DNA from: Diplonema japonicum
Taxonomy: Eukaryota; Protista; Euglenozoa: Diplonemea
Reading direction: 5' to 3'
DNA length: 64,000 nt
Assembly (NCBI GenBank): GCA_964019335.1
Contig: OZ025754.1
Coordinates: forward strand, 220,816 to 284,815
The position numbers and the translations under genes are program-made. The first letter of the stretch is position 1. Each line of letters starts with the position of its first letter. The notes under the pieces are model-generated. The model was not told the DNA's origin, searched no databases, and saw only the letters and a program-made list of their open reading frames with translations. This document shows, one piece after another, positions 12,244 through 23,700 of this stretch.

Positions 12244-12992
12244 TCAGAGTTCAAAGGGGACTTCTTCGTCAGCTGTGTCCTCTATCCCTATCCCTATGGT
12301 AAACTTATCCTTTAAGACCCCTGGGAAATTGTCAAATCCTCCACTAAAAACGATGGTTCTCAGGCTTGTGCACCCTGACAAGAAGTTCCTAGGTTTGTGC
12401 ACAACAACACAAAAGGATGAGCAACGACACCGACAAACCTGAGGCCAGTCAAGTTCATTGTTACTAGGTTTACGCACTCTTTCAAAAAGTGATGACCAGC
12501 GATGAGAACTTGACAGGCCATTGCACTGAAGTCGATGGTTTCTAGCTTTTCGCACTCCGACAAAACACGGTTACCAATAGAAGAAACATTGGGGAGGTGG
12601 AGAAGAACAGACGTCAGGTGCTCGCATTCCTCAAGAGTAACACAGCCTGTGGAGTCGGTGACAACGAGGAACCGAAGTCCGGAAGGAAGGTTTCCTGCAC
12701 ACAGGGACAGCCCTCCGCTGTAAGCCGCGTCCTTCTGAGTTCTCGCCCATTCAGATCCTTCAGTTTTACAGCTATTTTAGACCCCGCCTCCACATGGGCT
12801 TCACAACGAGACCGGTCTCCTGAACCTCCTTAGCATTGTTCCCGTCAAGGACCTCTCCCTCCCAAACCAGTTTGAACCTGCCTTCGAGTAAACCCGTAGT
12901 GCAAGCCGCCTTCTTGTATAAGTCCCCCACTGTTGCCTTCCCGACACTTCCACATCGTGGACCCCACCTCTTGTCTTCACGAACACTGTCAT
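12244..12992 (-). pseudogene. Ubiquitin-like + BspA-type LRR gene, multiply frameshifted
   Basis: MTVFVKTRGGVHDVEV / ATVGDLY...FKLVWEGEVLD (Ubl), then LSECEKLETIDF, FLKECVNL and FLSGCTSL, spread over different frames. Confidence 0.7.
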
Positions 12993-14567
12993 CTTGCTTA
13001 TCCTTCCCAAGCCCTGTGTGGGTGTCTTGAAACCTCATCATATGTTTGGTGTCGGGGCGAGAAGGGGGGGCGAGGGGTAGAATATTCCGGTGGAAAAGAA
13101 GTTAGCGGGAAGACAAAAAGAGGAACTGGCCGTTGTTTGTACGTGCCGGGTAAAACCTGGAGAAGTTTGTATACCCGAAACACGTTGCCAACGTTCCTTT
13201 TGTTTAGACAAGTCAAAGACTCGTTCTTGCAAAAGAAGAAGGAAAAAAAGAGAAAAAAAAGAGGGGAAAAGAGAAAAAAAAGATGGCTCTTGTCCTTTCT
13301 TCTCAATCTATTGTTAGACGAAAAGGCCTTTTTATTATTGGTAATGCGAGAAGTGGAAGAGATGAAAAAAAAATAAAAAAAAAGAAAAAGATGAGATAAA
13401 GGAGGTTCCTGTCTTGGAACGTCCCCCTTGTCCCTACTTATCTACCCCTTTCTCCCTTCTGGGCCAAAAAAAAATAATTCTTTATGACTATATGTCTTTG
13501 TTGTTCGCACGAGCAAAAAAGATTTTTAAAAGCTGCGAAAGTTTTTTGCTCGGCACAAGTTGCATAAAGTTATAAAATCATTTTTTGAAAGATAAATATT
13601 TGTAACAAAAAAAAAAAAGAGAGAGAGAAGAAAAAAAGAGAAAAGCACCCACTGGGACTGAGGCATATCGCCCCACTGAGTGCGAGTGACACCCAACCAG
13701 AGGTCAGAGAACGAGAAGAGGGAGAATGGCCGGACTTTGGGCTCCTGACGCACATGGGTCTGCAAGCCTACCCTGGACCTACCCCCAAGGTTGTTCCTCT
13801 GACCACCATCGAGTTATCACGGGAAACAAACAGTCAAAGAAAAAAAAAAGATTTTGACGATAAAAATTAAAAAAAGAAGGAGGGGGTCTAGGAAATTTCC
13901 CATGACGCCCCACCCCCCTTTCGGTTTACGCTCATACCCGCAAGTGCTTAAGCTAAGATGGGAGGGAGGGGGCTTGGCTTCACCACTTTCTTCCAACCAC
14001 CATATACATGCTTTGATAAAATCTGTATGCACGAAGCACGGAACAAAAAAAAAAAATACTTTTTGATAGCGAAGCGAAGTGTCCGCTCCACTCGCTTTGT
14101 TGTTGTTTGTCTCTTAATAAACTCACACCGCAAGGTAGAGAAAAAGAAATCGGTACTTTTTTTTTTTTTTTCTTTCTTTTCTACTGGGTATCTTTTGCTT
14201 TACAGTAGAAAAAAAAAAGAGAAAGAGAGAGAGAGAGAGAGAGAAAAAAAATAGATAGGTTATGTAATACCGTGGTTTCGTACTTAATATGGAACTTTTC
14301 TTTTTTCTTTTGGGGGGGGGGGGAAAGAAAAACTTTTTTTTCGTATGTAGAATTTTCTTTTCCCCATTCCATATTAAAAAATACAAAGCAAAAACGGTAC
14401 AAAGTTCAGGGGAATTAATTATATAATAGTTCAGTAGGAGATGGAGTTACATGGGAGGGAGGGGGGAGAGGATCACAATATAAAACCGTCCACATTCATT
14501 TTATTTTCTTTTCTTTTCTTTTCTTTCTTTTCACTTTAATATTCCAACCCCATTGGGAGGTTTGTAC

Positions 14568-16094
14568 TTAGCTCGCCACTCGCTCCATCAGGTAGACTGA
14601 ATTGCGCCACTGCCCACCGCAGATCTGTGCGTTGTCGCCCTTGCAGGGCTGGTCGCAGGACTCCTCAGGGGACTTCTCTGTTGGAGCGCTGTGCCCACAC
14701 CAGCATTGTGTCCGTGCCTGTAGGCCTGCGTACGTATACCCATTGTGCCTGCACACAGAAGTGCATTCCCCAATGTTATTCCCGCTGCTGGCGTAGGCAA
14801 GCAGGGGGAAGGTCGTGTGCCTTCTGTCCACGTAGCACCCTTCGTACCTTACAGCGTGTTCAATCTCAAGGTCCCCTTTCGCAGCGTACACACTGTGACG
14901 CCATCCGTCCCCGCAATTCTGTCTCACATCCCCGGCACAGGGCGCTGCACATGCTGACGACACCGTCCGCTCCGCACGGTCCACCACCTGCCCGCACCAG
15001 CACTCGTCGCCCCCTCTCAGCCCTGCGTACTTGTACCCCCTGTCGAGGCACATGTCCACACACGACACTGCCGTTGTCTCGCTGCCCCTCTCGATGAAGT
15101 CGAACTCTTCGCCGACCTTGAAGCACCCCACCAACGCAGGGAGCGTCCTCTCTGCAGCATCACCTTCAAGTGCAGTCCTGTTTTCCTCCGGGCTGTACCA
15201 GTCGTCGGGAGTGGTCATGTTGCCCTCGGGAACAGGTGTGCTGTCCTCAGGGACGTACGCCGTGGGAACAGGAGTGCTAGCAGTGGGAGCAGGAGTGCTA
15301 GCAGTGGGAACAGGAGTGCTAGCAGTGGGAGCAGGAGTGGTTATGCTGTACTCGGGAACAGTCATGTTTTCCTCAGGATTGTACCAATCATCAGGTGTGG
15401 TCACATTGCCTTCAGGAGTGGTCACATTGTCCTGTGGTGTGTACCAGTCATCAGGGGTTGTCATGTTGCTCTCAGGTCCAGTCATGTTGTCACTAGGGAT
15501 GTACCAGTCGCTTGGAGCAGTGCCCTCAGGAACAGGTGTGGTGTCCTCAGGAGCAGGCATGCCGCCCTCAGGAACCGTTACGTTTTCCTCAGGGCTGTAC
15601 CAGTCGTCGGGAGTGGTCATGTTGCCCTCGGGAACAGGTGTGCTGTCCTCAGGGACGTACGCCGTGGGAGCAGGAGTGCTAGCAGTGGGAGCAGGAGTGG
15701 TTATGCTGTACTCGGGAACAGTCATGTTTTCCTCAGGATTGTACCAATCATCAGGTGTGGTCACATTGCCTTCAGGAGTGGTCACATTGTCCTGTGGTGT
15801 GTACCAGTCATCAGGGGTTGTCATGTTGCTCTCAGGTCCAGTCATGTTGTCACTAGGGATGTACCAGTCGCTTGGAGCAGTGCCCTCAGGAACAGGTGTG
15901 GTGTCCTCAGGAGCAGGCATGCTGCCCTCAGGAACCGTTACGTTTTCCTCAGGGCTGTACCAGTCGTCGGGAGTGGTCATGTTGCCCTCGGGGATGGTGG
16001 GCAATGGGGTGCTGCCCTCACCGCCGCCCTCTGGATAGTGCCTACCGGTTTCTAGCAAGCTGCACAGCACACCCACTGCCAATGCGAGAAGCAT
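14568..16094 (-). CDS. Secreted/surface glycoprotein with P/T/D-rich repeat stalk and two WSC domains
   Basis: Signal peptide, NMT/NVT sequon repeats, and two YAGL...CWCG...C...C.GD....CG WSC motifs. Confidence 0.9.
   Translation of the reverse strand: MLLALAVGVLCSLLETGRHYPEGGGEGSTPLPTIPEGNMTTPDDWYSPEENVTVPEGSMPAPEDTTPVPEGTAPSDWYIPSDNMTGPESNMTTPDDWYTPQDNVTTPEGNVTTPDDWYNPEENMTVPEYSITTPAPTASTPAPTAYVPEDSTPVPEGNMTTPDDWYSPEENVTVPEGGMPAPEDTTPVPEGTAPSDWYIPSDNMTGPESNMTTPDDWYTPQDNVTTPEGNVTTPDDWYNPEENMTVPEYSITTPAPTASTPVPTASTPAPTASTPVPTAYVPEDSTPVPEGNMTTPDDWYSPEENRTALEGDAAERTLPALVGCFKVGEEFDFIERGSETTAVSCVDMCLDRGYKYAGLRGGDECWCGQVVDRAERTVSSACAAPCAGDVRQNCGDGWRHSVYAAKGDLEIEHAVRYEGCYVDRRHTTFPLLAYASSGNNIGECTSVCRHNGYTYAGLQARTQCWCGHSAPTEKSPEESCDQPCKGDNAQICGGQWRNSVYLMERVAS
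15180..15992. repeat. Intragenic tandem repeat, period ~360 bp
   Basis: 15361-15540 is identical to 15721-15900; nested 21-bp TPAPTAS units. Confidence 0.9.
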
Positions 16095-17168
16095 GTTGGA
16101 TGTGGTTGTTGTGGAAAAAATTCCTGTTGTGAAGGTCGGCCCAAGGCAAGGGCGAGAAAGAAAAAAAGAAATAACTCCACCGTACGCGTGTAACGAACCT
16201 GCTTATTTACTTCTTGTGGGTCGGTGTTGCTGCCTTTTGGTTGTGCAACAGGACTCCTCGGATCTCAGCCACCCCCATTGCATACCCGGCAAGGTAGTCA
16301 GGGTTTTTCCAATTCTGAACGTGGCGGTGTACGGGTGCAGGTTTAGCTGGCGCTGCATTTTTTTTTAGCACCGTGTTGTGCTTTGTTGCAGCTCCCATCT
16401 TTTTTTTTTCTTTCTTTTCTTATTTTTTCTCTTTTTTTTTTGGCTTTTCCAGCCCCCTCCTCCCCTCCCGCTGCCCCTCTGCTCCTGCTGGAGGCAGTAT
16501 ACATGAGACAGTAAATAACGAAAAGAAAAAGGGATACTTTTTTTTTTCTTTCTCCCTTATCCTCCTAAGGGGAAAAAAATGGAAAGTTGGTTAGGTGTTA
16601 GGGGGGGAAAAAAAAAGAAGAAGAATAAATTTTTTTAACCGTGTGCTAAAAAATGCAAAAATTAGATAAGTTAACAAACCGTCACAACCCTAACCCGGCC
16701 ATGACGACCGGCCGAAACCACGTGTTTGCAGCCCCGTGGTGGTTCCTCTAAAAACGGTGAGAGACATGGAATGACGTGGAATAAGGGATGCGTGCTCTAA
16801 TTGAATGCAGTATCACAGGTAAGCTGCTCTGCTGCCTCCAGTTCCTTTACGGCAACACTTCAACCCAGCGGTGTGGCAGCGTTAGGCAGGGGCCTGGAGG
16901 TTAGAGGGGGCCAACACGAGGTGACAAACATCAGAAAAGCAACTACAGGCCCAAAAGTCTTGCTGCCCCTAAAGAAAAAAAAATGGCAAAAAAATGGAAC
17001 AAAAAAAAGGGGGGGGGCTCGTTCTTCCCTTCCTTACGTCCTAACTGGGCGGGGAAAAAAAAAAGAAGAAGAAAACCCGGTGACGGGAGGGGAAGGGGGG
17101 GGGGGGGGGGGGGGAAGTACACTCCCTCTATCTTTTTTTTTTCCCCCCTATATTTTACATTCCTTGCC

Positions 17169-20027
17169 CTACCCTTCGTTCTCGGTATCTTGCATGGATA
17201 ATTCGATGGCTTTACGCAATGCAGCCTCCTCGTCCTCGTCCTCGTCGGGGTCTTGCCTGGCGGGGGTCATTGTCGCGTCTCCGTCCTTTGCGTCCTCCGC
17301 CATGGACACCCGGATAGCCTCTGCAAGCTCAGCGCTCATGTCCTCATCCTCCTCTGCATCTACCATCATGGACATCTTGATGGCTTCATCAAGCTCAGAG
17401 ACTTCCTCGGGTTCCTCGGGGTCTGCCTGTGCCATGATGTCCTCAGAGGGTGGGGGGTAGCTAGTGCTAGCGGGGATGGGTATGATCTCGTGAAGGGTGT
17501 CCGTCAACGGAGGGTCAGCAAAACCTGCCATCTCGGGAGGGTGTAGCTGGGAGGCAAACCCGTACCTTGCACCTATGTTGAGGGACAGGGCGAGGCACAG
17601 CTGCCTGCTGTTCGGCGGCAGATTCGTGATCGCCGTGAAGCTGTTGTTAAACCTTGTTGACGTGCAGCAAGCTGCGTCCACCTCGTACTGCACGACAGCA
17701 GCCTTCTGCGATGTGTTCTCCAGTACACACGAGAGCCCCGCACCCTTCTCCTGCAGCGTGCGAACCACAACACCGGGCGACAAGACTTGCCGCTTACCTT
17801 TTATGCCCGTTACCAGCACCTCAGCATGTTCCCGCCAGCTGCCCTTCACCTCTTCCACGAGCACTCGCTTCTCTGAATAGATCGCTGCCGTAACCTTTCG
17901 CAGCCGCTTCTTGTCTGTCGCAGCCTGCATGAGCCCTACCGTGTGCGGGGTCACCTTGTACCGGTACCCTGCATGGAACACGATTTCCAAGCTTACCTGG
18001 TCGGAGATCTGCCGTTGCGCGTATTCCATGGCCACCCACTCCCCGCTTGCTGTCTGTCTCGAAACGGCGAACCCGATGTCCACGTTAGAGGTCACCGCCT
18101 TCAGAGAGGTTTCACGGGTGACGTGTTTTTCCTGCCACAGGATGACGTCTGCAAGGGTGCGGGTGTAGGCTGTGATGATAAAGGACGAGCCTGGTGAGAG
18201 CTCTGAGGGCAGCCAGCCTGTGGAGGTGGCGTGGTGCCACTTAGTGGGGTGGACTCTGCACACGTCGATGGATGCGAAGTATTTCCGCACGTCTGCGAAG
18301 TCCATCCAGAAGATCGACATCTCGTCGTACATCTTGACGTTCGAGCTGTTCACCACACCGAGCTGCAGCTTCAGGTCGCGGTTCCATCCCGACCAGTCCT
18401 TGCCCCATGTGCCGGACCAGGTTCGGGGGGCGCGCTCGCCCCACGGGTTTCTGCACTGAACCATTCTGTGCACTTTGCCGTTCACAGTGATCTCCTTAAG
18501 CTGCAGAACTCCATATGCATGCGGTGTCTGCAGGCCAAGCACCTCAACAAAGGTCTCGCGAGTCGAGCCGCAGGCTTCTGCAGAGCACGCCATCCCCATG
18601 ATGTACCCTGCCTCGGACGCCGACAGCAGCTTCGACCACATCATGTCGTCGTCTGTCTCATCGTCGTCGTCATCAGACAGCTCGCCCAGCTCCACGTCCG
18701 GGTCCTTGCCCTGCATCAGGAGCTGCATCCTGTACGTCATGATCTTGTCGCGCCGTTCTTTCTTGCGCTGCTTTGTCTCTTCAGATATATGCATTGGCAT
18801 GGTTTCGCAGGCGTACCCCGTCAGCAGCTGCAGTGCCTCGCCCATGGTCCCCCCCGAGAGCGCGCCGTACGACCCGAACAGCTTGGCACAAGCCTTTTCA
18901 ACGAGGGGTGCCCACAGCGATTGCCGGCTGGTCTTTGCATAGCAGGGCAGCCCGCCACGTGCGTACCACACTGTGCTGCCGTCGATCTTCCCTTCCCACT
19001 GTTTCGTGCAAGGGAACGTGTCGTCGATCATCATGTTGCGCCAGGACCCCGAGTGGTGCAGCTGCACAAGGTACGCCCCCACAGGGTTGTACTCCTTGGT
19101 GAGCATGAGCTTCTCGATGAGCTGGGGCTTCGCTGCGACGCATGACAACGCACCGCCGAACCAGCAGTTCCCCAAGGCGCCTTGGTAGACGTCCTCGGGC
19201 CGTGCAGCCTCGCGGATGACCTTCCACGTCATGCCTGTTGTGTTGTTGGTGACGTCGTCTCGAAGGTAGTGCGTGCAGTTCCGTGAGGCGAGGGACTTCA
19301 CGTCGTTGACGCCTTGCATGGAGAACATGAACTCGCACTCTTTGCACGTCACGCCGGGGCGGAGCCATATGCTAGGGCGGTTCACTATGTTGACCTTCTG
19401 AACATGTGTGGGACGGCAGGGGCAGACAGAACACTTCATTGACTCGACAGCGTTGTTTTGCTGTGCGGCTTCCTCGCGGGACGTGGGCGGGGCAGGCACG
19501 TCGGGGAGGGGGTTGGCGTGCCCACATGAGGAGCACAGCCAGCGTGTGGCATCGTTGGGGTCTTGGTAGATGCTCTTCGGGACAGGCGGGAACTGGGGAT
19601 CGACATAAGGGTTCTCCGCCGAGTGGTACTGGTTGATGAGGTCCAGGGTGTCGCCGTCGATGTTGATGTTGTCGGAGTTAAAGCGCTCGAACTCCACCTC
19701 CTTCAGCTCGTCCTTGCCCCCTTGCCCTTCCTCTTCTTCCATAGACATCTGGATCGCCTTTGCGATCTCTTCGTCGTCCTCTGTCATGTCCTTTTCCACT
19801 GGTTCCTCCACCACCTCCCATGCACTATCGACACCACCCACCATCACCACCACCTTGTCACCTAGCGGCGGGTCCTCTTTCCTCACCACCTTCCCGTTCG
19901 CGATCAACTTCTTTCCCTCGAAGTCGATGCCTGCTTTCTCCATGGCTTTTCGGAGGGCCCACAGGCCTCCATCCTTCATTTCCAGTACATGAGACTGCTT
20001 CCCAGTCTTTACCTTCACCGTTATCAT
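17169..20027 (-). CDS. Calpain-like cysteine protease with N-terminal Ubl, Cys-rich insert and UIMs
   Basis: CysPc catalytic motifs QGALGNCW, HAY and RNPWG; Ubl N-terminus; UIM-like EIAKAIQMSM, LDEAIKMSM, LAEAIRVSM and LRKAIELSM. Confidence 0.92.
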   Translation of the reverse strand: MITVKVKTGKQSHVLEMKDGGLWALRKAMEKAGIDFEGKKLIANGKVVRKEDPPLGDKVVVMVGGVDSAWEVVEEPVEKDMTEDDEEIAKAIQMSMEEEEGQGGKDELKEVEFERFNSDNINIDGDTLDLINQYHSAENPYVDPQFPPVPKSIYQDPNDATRWLCSSCGHANPLPDVPAPPTSREEAAQQNNAVESMKCSVCPCRPTHVQKVNIVNRPSIWLRPGVTCKECEFMFSMQGVNDVKSLASRNCTHYLRDDVTNNTTGMTWKVIREAARPEDVYQGALGNCWFGGALSCVAAKPQLIEKLMLTKEYNPVGAYLVQLHHSGSWRNMMIDDTFPCTKQWEGKIDGSTVWYARGGLPCYAKTSRQSLWAPLVEKACAKLFGSYGALSGGTMGEALQLLTGYACETMPMHISEETKQRKKERRDKIMTYRMQLLMQGKDPDVELGELSDDDDDETDDDMMWSKLLSASEAGYIMGMACSAEACGSTRETFVEVLGLQTPHAYGVLQLKEITVNGKVHRMVQCRNPWGERAPRTWSGTWGKDWSGWNRDLKLQLGVVNSSNVKMYDEMSIFWMDFADVRKYFASIDVCRVHPTKWHHATSTGWLPSELSPGSSFIITAYTRTLADVILWQEKHVTRETSLKAVTSNVDIGFAVSRQTASGEWVAMEYAQRQISDQVSLEIVFHAGYRYKVTPHTVGLMQAATDKKRLRKVTAAIYSEKRVLVEEVKGSWREHAEVLVTGIKGKRQVLSPGVVVRTLQEKGAGLSCVLENTSQKAAVVQYEVDAACCTSTRFNNSFTAITNLPPNSRQLCLALSLNIGARYGFASQLHPPEMAGFADPPLTDTLHEIIPIPASTSYPPPSEDIMAQADPEEPEEVSELDEAIKMSMMVDAEEDEDMSAELAEAIRVSMAEDAKDGDATMTPARQDPDEDEDEEAALRKAIELSMQDTENEG

Positions 20028-20773
20028 AAAAGATTTTTTTTGGGGGGGGGGAACGGGGGTGTGTCTCGTCTGTGATGGTGGAATGAAAAAATAGTAATAT
20101 CGAGAATAGATGGGTTTTTCACGAACAAAAAAAAGGGGGAGGGGGTTGGAGGTGACAGGGGGGGGGGGGGGTTACAGGGAAAAACAAAAGAGGGTTTAAC
20201 GATGGTGGCATTGTGTTTTAGATTTTCAGGGGGAAGGGGAGGAAGGGAAGAGAGGGCAATCATGCGTCCAAGATTGGGAATCAGACAATTTAAGACGTAG
20301 TTTTGTTTTTTCCTTTTTTTTTTTTTTTTTTTTCTCTCTTTGCATGAAGGGGGGATGAGCCGAAAAAGGTGGGTGGGGCGGGGGGGGAAGACAGAAGACA
20401 GGAGGGGGAAAAAAAAATACGTTTGTCAGAAGAAGAAGAAAAACACTTTCGGTGGCCCCTCTCTCCCCAAGATATCAAAAATAAAAGAAATCGAAAAAAT
20501 AAAAAATAAAAACCATTCATTAACTTTCAACTTTTCTCCCCCGTTTTTTTTTTTTTTTTTTCCCAATTGTTGGCATTTATTAATCTCATATTCTCACCTC
20601 AATGCCCGGAGTATAAATAAAAAAAAAATCTCGCAAAAACAAAAAAAAAAAAAAAAAAAAACAAAAACAAAAAAAAAAAGAGCTAAGGGGGTGATATTGG
20701 GGGAAAAGAAGGGAGGGGGGGAAAAGACACTGTAAAAAAAAAAAAAAAAAAAACAAAAAAAAAAAAAAAAATC

Positions 20774-23700
20774 CTATTGCTGCTTGGAGGCCCTGCGCTG
20801 CACGGGTTTGGAAACAGGTTTCTTGGCAGCTGCCTTGGCGGAATCAGGGACAGAAGGACGCTTGGCGGGGGTCCTGGTGGCAGGAGGGGGGGAGGTGGCC
20901 CCGGGGGAGGTGGAACGTGCGGGGCTAACCTTCCCCGCTGCCTTCTTGGCGACAGGCTTCTTGGCAGGGGTGGATTTCGTCGAGGCATCCAGAGGCACGT
21001 CATGCCCTGCAGCCTTCCTCGCAGCCTTGAGCTGGGAACGCTTGTCTCTGTCGCCACCAGACTTCGCCGTCTTCTTCTCCGTCGCTTCAGTCACTTCGCT
21101 CTCCTCATCATCGTTGGCACCGAAGTTCGCCTTGGCAACCACATCTGACCTGCTCTCCATCAGCCTTTGCACAATGGACATCAGCCAGTTCTGGTTCTTG
21201 AGAGCCTCTTCCTTGCCATCCATCGGGGCTTTCTTCCACTTGGGTTCCAAGGTCGCATATTGGTCCATTGCGATGATCATGTACTTCAGCCCAAGATGAG
21301 CCTGCTTGAACAGCTTCGGTTCCATGTTCTTGATAGTGTCGGCGGGCAACAACCACTGCTGGCCGGCCTGGGGCAGGCGCTCCTGGTCCTCGTCGGTGCC
21401 GTGCCTGCGGATCTGCTCGGTGTGGGAGTCGCGCACTTTTGTGAGCCCGTTCGAGAACAGCTTCTGCGGGGAGTGGTTTGAAACAGCGTCCTTCTTCGCG
21501 CTCTTCTTGAACTCGGCGAACTTCCCTGTGATCTCCTTGCACTGGTTGATGGTGTCCATGTCGTACCTGCAACTGCACCCGTGGGCCTTAAGGTGCACCA
21601 GCAGGTCGTTCAGCTGCTCCTCTTGAGACTTCGAGCTGTCCACGGTGAAGGTGGACAGCAGTTCGTTCTTCAGACGGCTGTTCTCGGCAGTCAGGTCGTC
21701 GAGCTCCTTCTCGAGCTGGTAGATCTCGCGCTCGATGCCCTCCATCTCGGAGGTCACCTTCTTCTTCTCTTCCTCGATCATTTCGTCTGTGAAGGAACGG
21801 GACTCCGTCAGGAGCCTCTCGAGCTCCTTGATCTTCTCGTCGAGCTCCTGGATCTTGGCGTCCAGCTGGTCGGCCTTCTTCTTAGCAAGCCACTCGATGC
21901 ACTTCTTCTTGTACGCCCTCCTAAGCCCGTTGTTGGACGACTCCATCAGCATCTGCGCCACGTCTGCCTTCCTCTGCGCGTTTTTCTTCTTCGTTACCCA
22001 CCTTACTGCCTTTTGCAGGTACAGCAGCCTCAGACCGTTGTCGGAGGTTGATTTCAGAGCCCTCGCCACTTCTTCCTTCTTCGCCACGATCTTCTCCTTC
22101 CTGTAGAAGTCGATGAGCTTCTGGTAGTAGATCGTGAGGAGACCCTTCCTTGAGTGCGCGAGCATCCCCGTGGCGATGGTCTCCCTCTTCTTGTTCTGGA
22201 GGCACTTGAAGTACCACCTGATGCACTTTGTGTGGTAGACGCCCCTCAGCCCCTTGGCGGTGTTCGAGAACATGACATTGGCGAGGTCCTGTCTCTTGTT
22301 CTCCCCGTCGATGCGGTTCGTGTACTCGAGCAGCTTCCTGTAGTACACCACCTGCATGCCCTTCTTGGTGTTGCTTAGAATGGTCTCAGCGAACTTCAAC
22401 CTCCTGGTCCTCTCTCTCTCAACGCTGGCGAACTTTCGCAGCTTTTTGAAGTAGATCTTCACGAACCCCTGTGTGGTGGTGGCGTACAGGGTGTCGGCAA
22501 GAGCCTTGCGCCTGGAGTAGGCTTGGTGGGAGGAGAGCCACTCCATGAGCTTCAAGAAGTAGTGGGTCTTCAGCGTGACGAGCGAGGCGTCTGAGAGGGC
22601 CTTGATGATCCTCTTCTTCCTGTCCTTGTCAATCTTCTCGAGCTTGTCGCTCAGAGTCGCCTTGCGCTGCATCTCGCTGGAGTTGTCCAACATCTTCCTC
22701 CTCATGGCGGTGATGAGCTCGATGAGTTCCTGCTCCCTGGCCGTGAAGCCCTCGTCGTGGTTCCAGTCGGTCTCGGAAGACGCGGAGTCGGACTCCGTGT
22801 ACAGCAGCTTCACCAGTCCCTCCGAAAGATGCCACGACACGTGCCCGTCGGCAGCACCTTGCACAGCGCTCATGTTGTTCACGAAGGCACCACGGTGCTC
22901 GTTCAGCTCGCACACCTGCCAGTGGTCGGAACCGTCGGTAGGGCCGCCTGCCCTCCACACCCTGATGACACCGTCCACACCACCGGACCACACAGTGTTG
23001 TTGGCAACAACCAAGCACAACTGAGCCAGCGGCTGTGTGTGCTGCGACTTGGGAACCGCCGGGAACAGGGTGGTGATGGGGGTACCCTCGCTGGAGTCCC
23101 ACACTTGCACAAGGCCGTCGGCGGTCGCGGAGAACAGGTGCGACTTGTACGCAGCAAGGGCACGGACAGAGCCCCTCATGGTGATGGGGAAACCAGCACG
23201 AGTTGCCCTCTCTTTCCCCGCCTTGATGTCGAGGCACCTGATGGTGTTGTCGTCACCACCGGAGTACAAGAACCCGCCGTACTTGCCGAGCTCGTCACGC
23301 TTGTGGTACGACATGCAGCGCACGGCGTTCTGGTGGCCGGGGAAGATGTCCATGGCACGGAAGACGGTGCGGGTGTAATCCCAGCCCCAGACGTAGATCT
23401 GCCAATCTCTGCCACCAGAGAAGATCAGGTCCTGAGACTGGTGGGTGTCCGTGACGACCTCAAGGCAGGTGATGGCACCGGTGTGCTTCCTGACCTCACT
23501 GACAAGCTCGAAGTCTGCCTCGCCGGACTTGTTGACGGTCTTCACGGTGAGGGCGCAGTCGATGCCCTCACAGTTAGAACGGACGTCGTCTGAGGTCCTC
23601 GTGGGCTGGCCTTGGACGTGGGTGACCCTCATGCCCTCGGCGAAGCCAGCAAGGTCGGCGGCAGAGCCAGGCTTGACCTTTGCGATGACGTTGGTGTCAC

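Noticed and set aside
20260-20770. Poly-K/poly-F ORFs in intergenic A/T tracts throughout the window
   Set aside because: Homopolymer and polypyrimidine tracts, not coding.
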